64,000 nucleotides of DNA from Octopus sinensis (lineage: Eukaryota), in contig NC_043016.1 in NCBI RefSeq assembly GCF_006345805.1, positions 1,054,001-1,118,000 of the forward strand, given 5' to 3'. Position 1 is the stretch's first letter, and every line of letters starts with the position of its first letter. The position numbers were made by a program, and so were the translations under genes. The notes under the pieces were generated by a model. The model was not told where the DNA came from. It did no database searches and was given only the letters and a program-made list of their open reading frames with translations. Of this stretch, positions 63,273-64,000 are shown piece by piece.

Positions 63273-64000
63273 AAGCACCAACACCACAAAAACAATGCTA
63301 TCAGCGATAGACACCAAAGACTCCAAACTAATGGAGTACATCACAGGATACACAAACATTTGTGAAGATGACTTTAAAAATAGCAATCATCTACGCACTA
63401 CACCACCCAAACACATCAAAATACTACACATCACACAAACACAACACCACAAACTCAAAGCCCTCTTCCCAAATGCTGTAGGGGGTTTCCAGAAATATCT
63501 GTCCCAAAAACTGTATAAAAACCTCCTCGAAGACACAACAAAGAACGAGGAAGCCAAAACTTTCGACACAAGTAAGTAACGCTCTGTACTTTCATTTTTG
63601 TGTTTTAAAGCACACACCCCAATAGAATCATGGTCAAGATTGGTTGTGTGAATGCGCGTGGCTTGGGGTCTCCTTGGAAACAAGGATACCTCCTAAATGA
63701 CATCAAGTCACATGATTTGGGAATTATAGCCATAAGTGAGACCAGACTCCACGAGCCACGGGCCCTAAAGTCCATGTTTGGCGGACAGTTTAACATTTAT
63801 TTCGCTCCCTGTCTGCCGAGGATGGGCGGTAGTGGCACCGCGGTACTTTTTCACAAGAGCCTGGATCTCGAAGTCAAGACGATATTCGTAGACCCGGAGG
63901 GTAGACTGATCGTTCTGGATGTTGATGGCAGCAATGGGTGCGCTTTTCGACTCGTATCAGTCTACGCACCGCCCTTAACAGGTCGGGCGGATTTCTTTCG
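63273..64000 (+). mobile_element. Tx1 copy (probably subfamily B), 5'-truncated in late ORF1, running off the window
   Basis: [15 protein letters not shown]...FPNAVGGFQKYL (ORF1 C-terminus); starts right after (TATC)n. Confidence 0.88.
63630..64000 (+). CDS. Tx1 ORF2 N-terminus (AP endonuclease), open to the window edge
   Basis: MVKIGCVNARGLGSPWKQGYLLNDIK...SETRL...VYAPPLTGRADFF, no stop seen. Confidence 0.85.
   Translation, partial: MVKIGCVNARGLGSPWKQGYLLNDIKSHDLGIIAISETRLHEPRALKSMFGGQFNIYFAPCLPRMGGSGTAVLFHKSLDLEVKTIFVDPEGRLIVLDVDGSNGCAFRLVSVYAPPLTGRADFF

Noticed and set aside
62771-63310. IYLS-repeat ORFs here and at other GATA tracts
   Set aside because: They are translations of (TATC)n.

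Overview
AT-rich, microsatellite-dense eukaryotic DNA. The SINE family and repeat landscape look like an octopus or other coleoid cephalopod (recognised from memory, not a database search). I can support no host protein-coding gene; the window is almost entirely mobile elements and simple repeats. Main contents: (1) five Tx1/L1-clade non-LTR retrotransposon copies of two subfamilies, with 9 of 11 visible ends abutting (TATC)n in the same polarity, which suggests a GATA-microsatellite-targeting family; (2) a ~2.4-kb array of ~599-bp units (34955-37390), tandem then inverted. Each near-complete unit carries a type I hammerhead ribozyme fold with a long stem II and palindromic stem III, i.e. a retrozyme or Penelope pseudo-LTR array. 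A hammerhead of the same design lies 3' of a Penelope-like GIY-YIG remnant at 13997-14082; (3) an R4/Dong LINE in (TAA)n, CR1-like and RTE-like fragments, a Tigger transposase relic, a composite Helitron, a Merlin-like fold-back element with an 8-bp TSD, a mariner-type MITE carrying SINE sequence, and about ten tRNA-derived SINE copies; (4) a 10.7-kb satellite of a 19-bp unit lying between the head and tail of what appears to be a single SINE, and a 2-kb (ATC)n tract. Most long ORFs in the track are low-complexity artefacts of these repeats. Coordinates were read by hand and ends may be off by a few bases.
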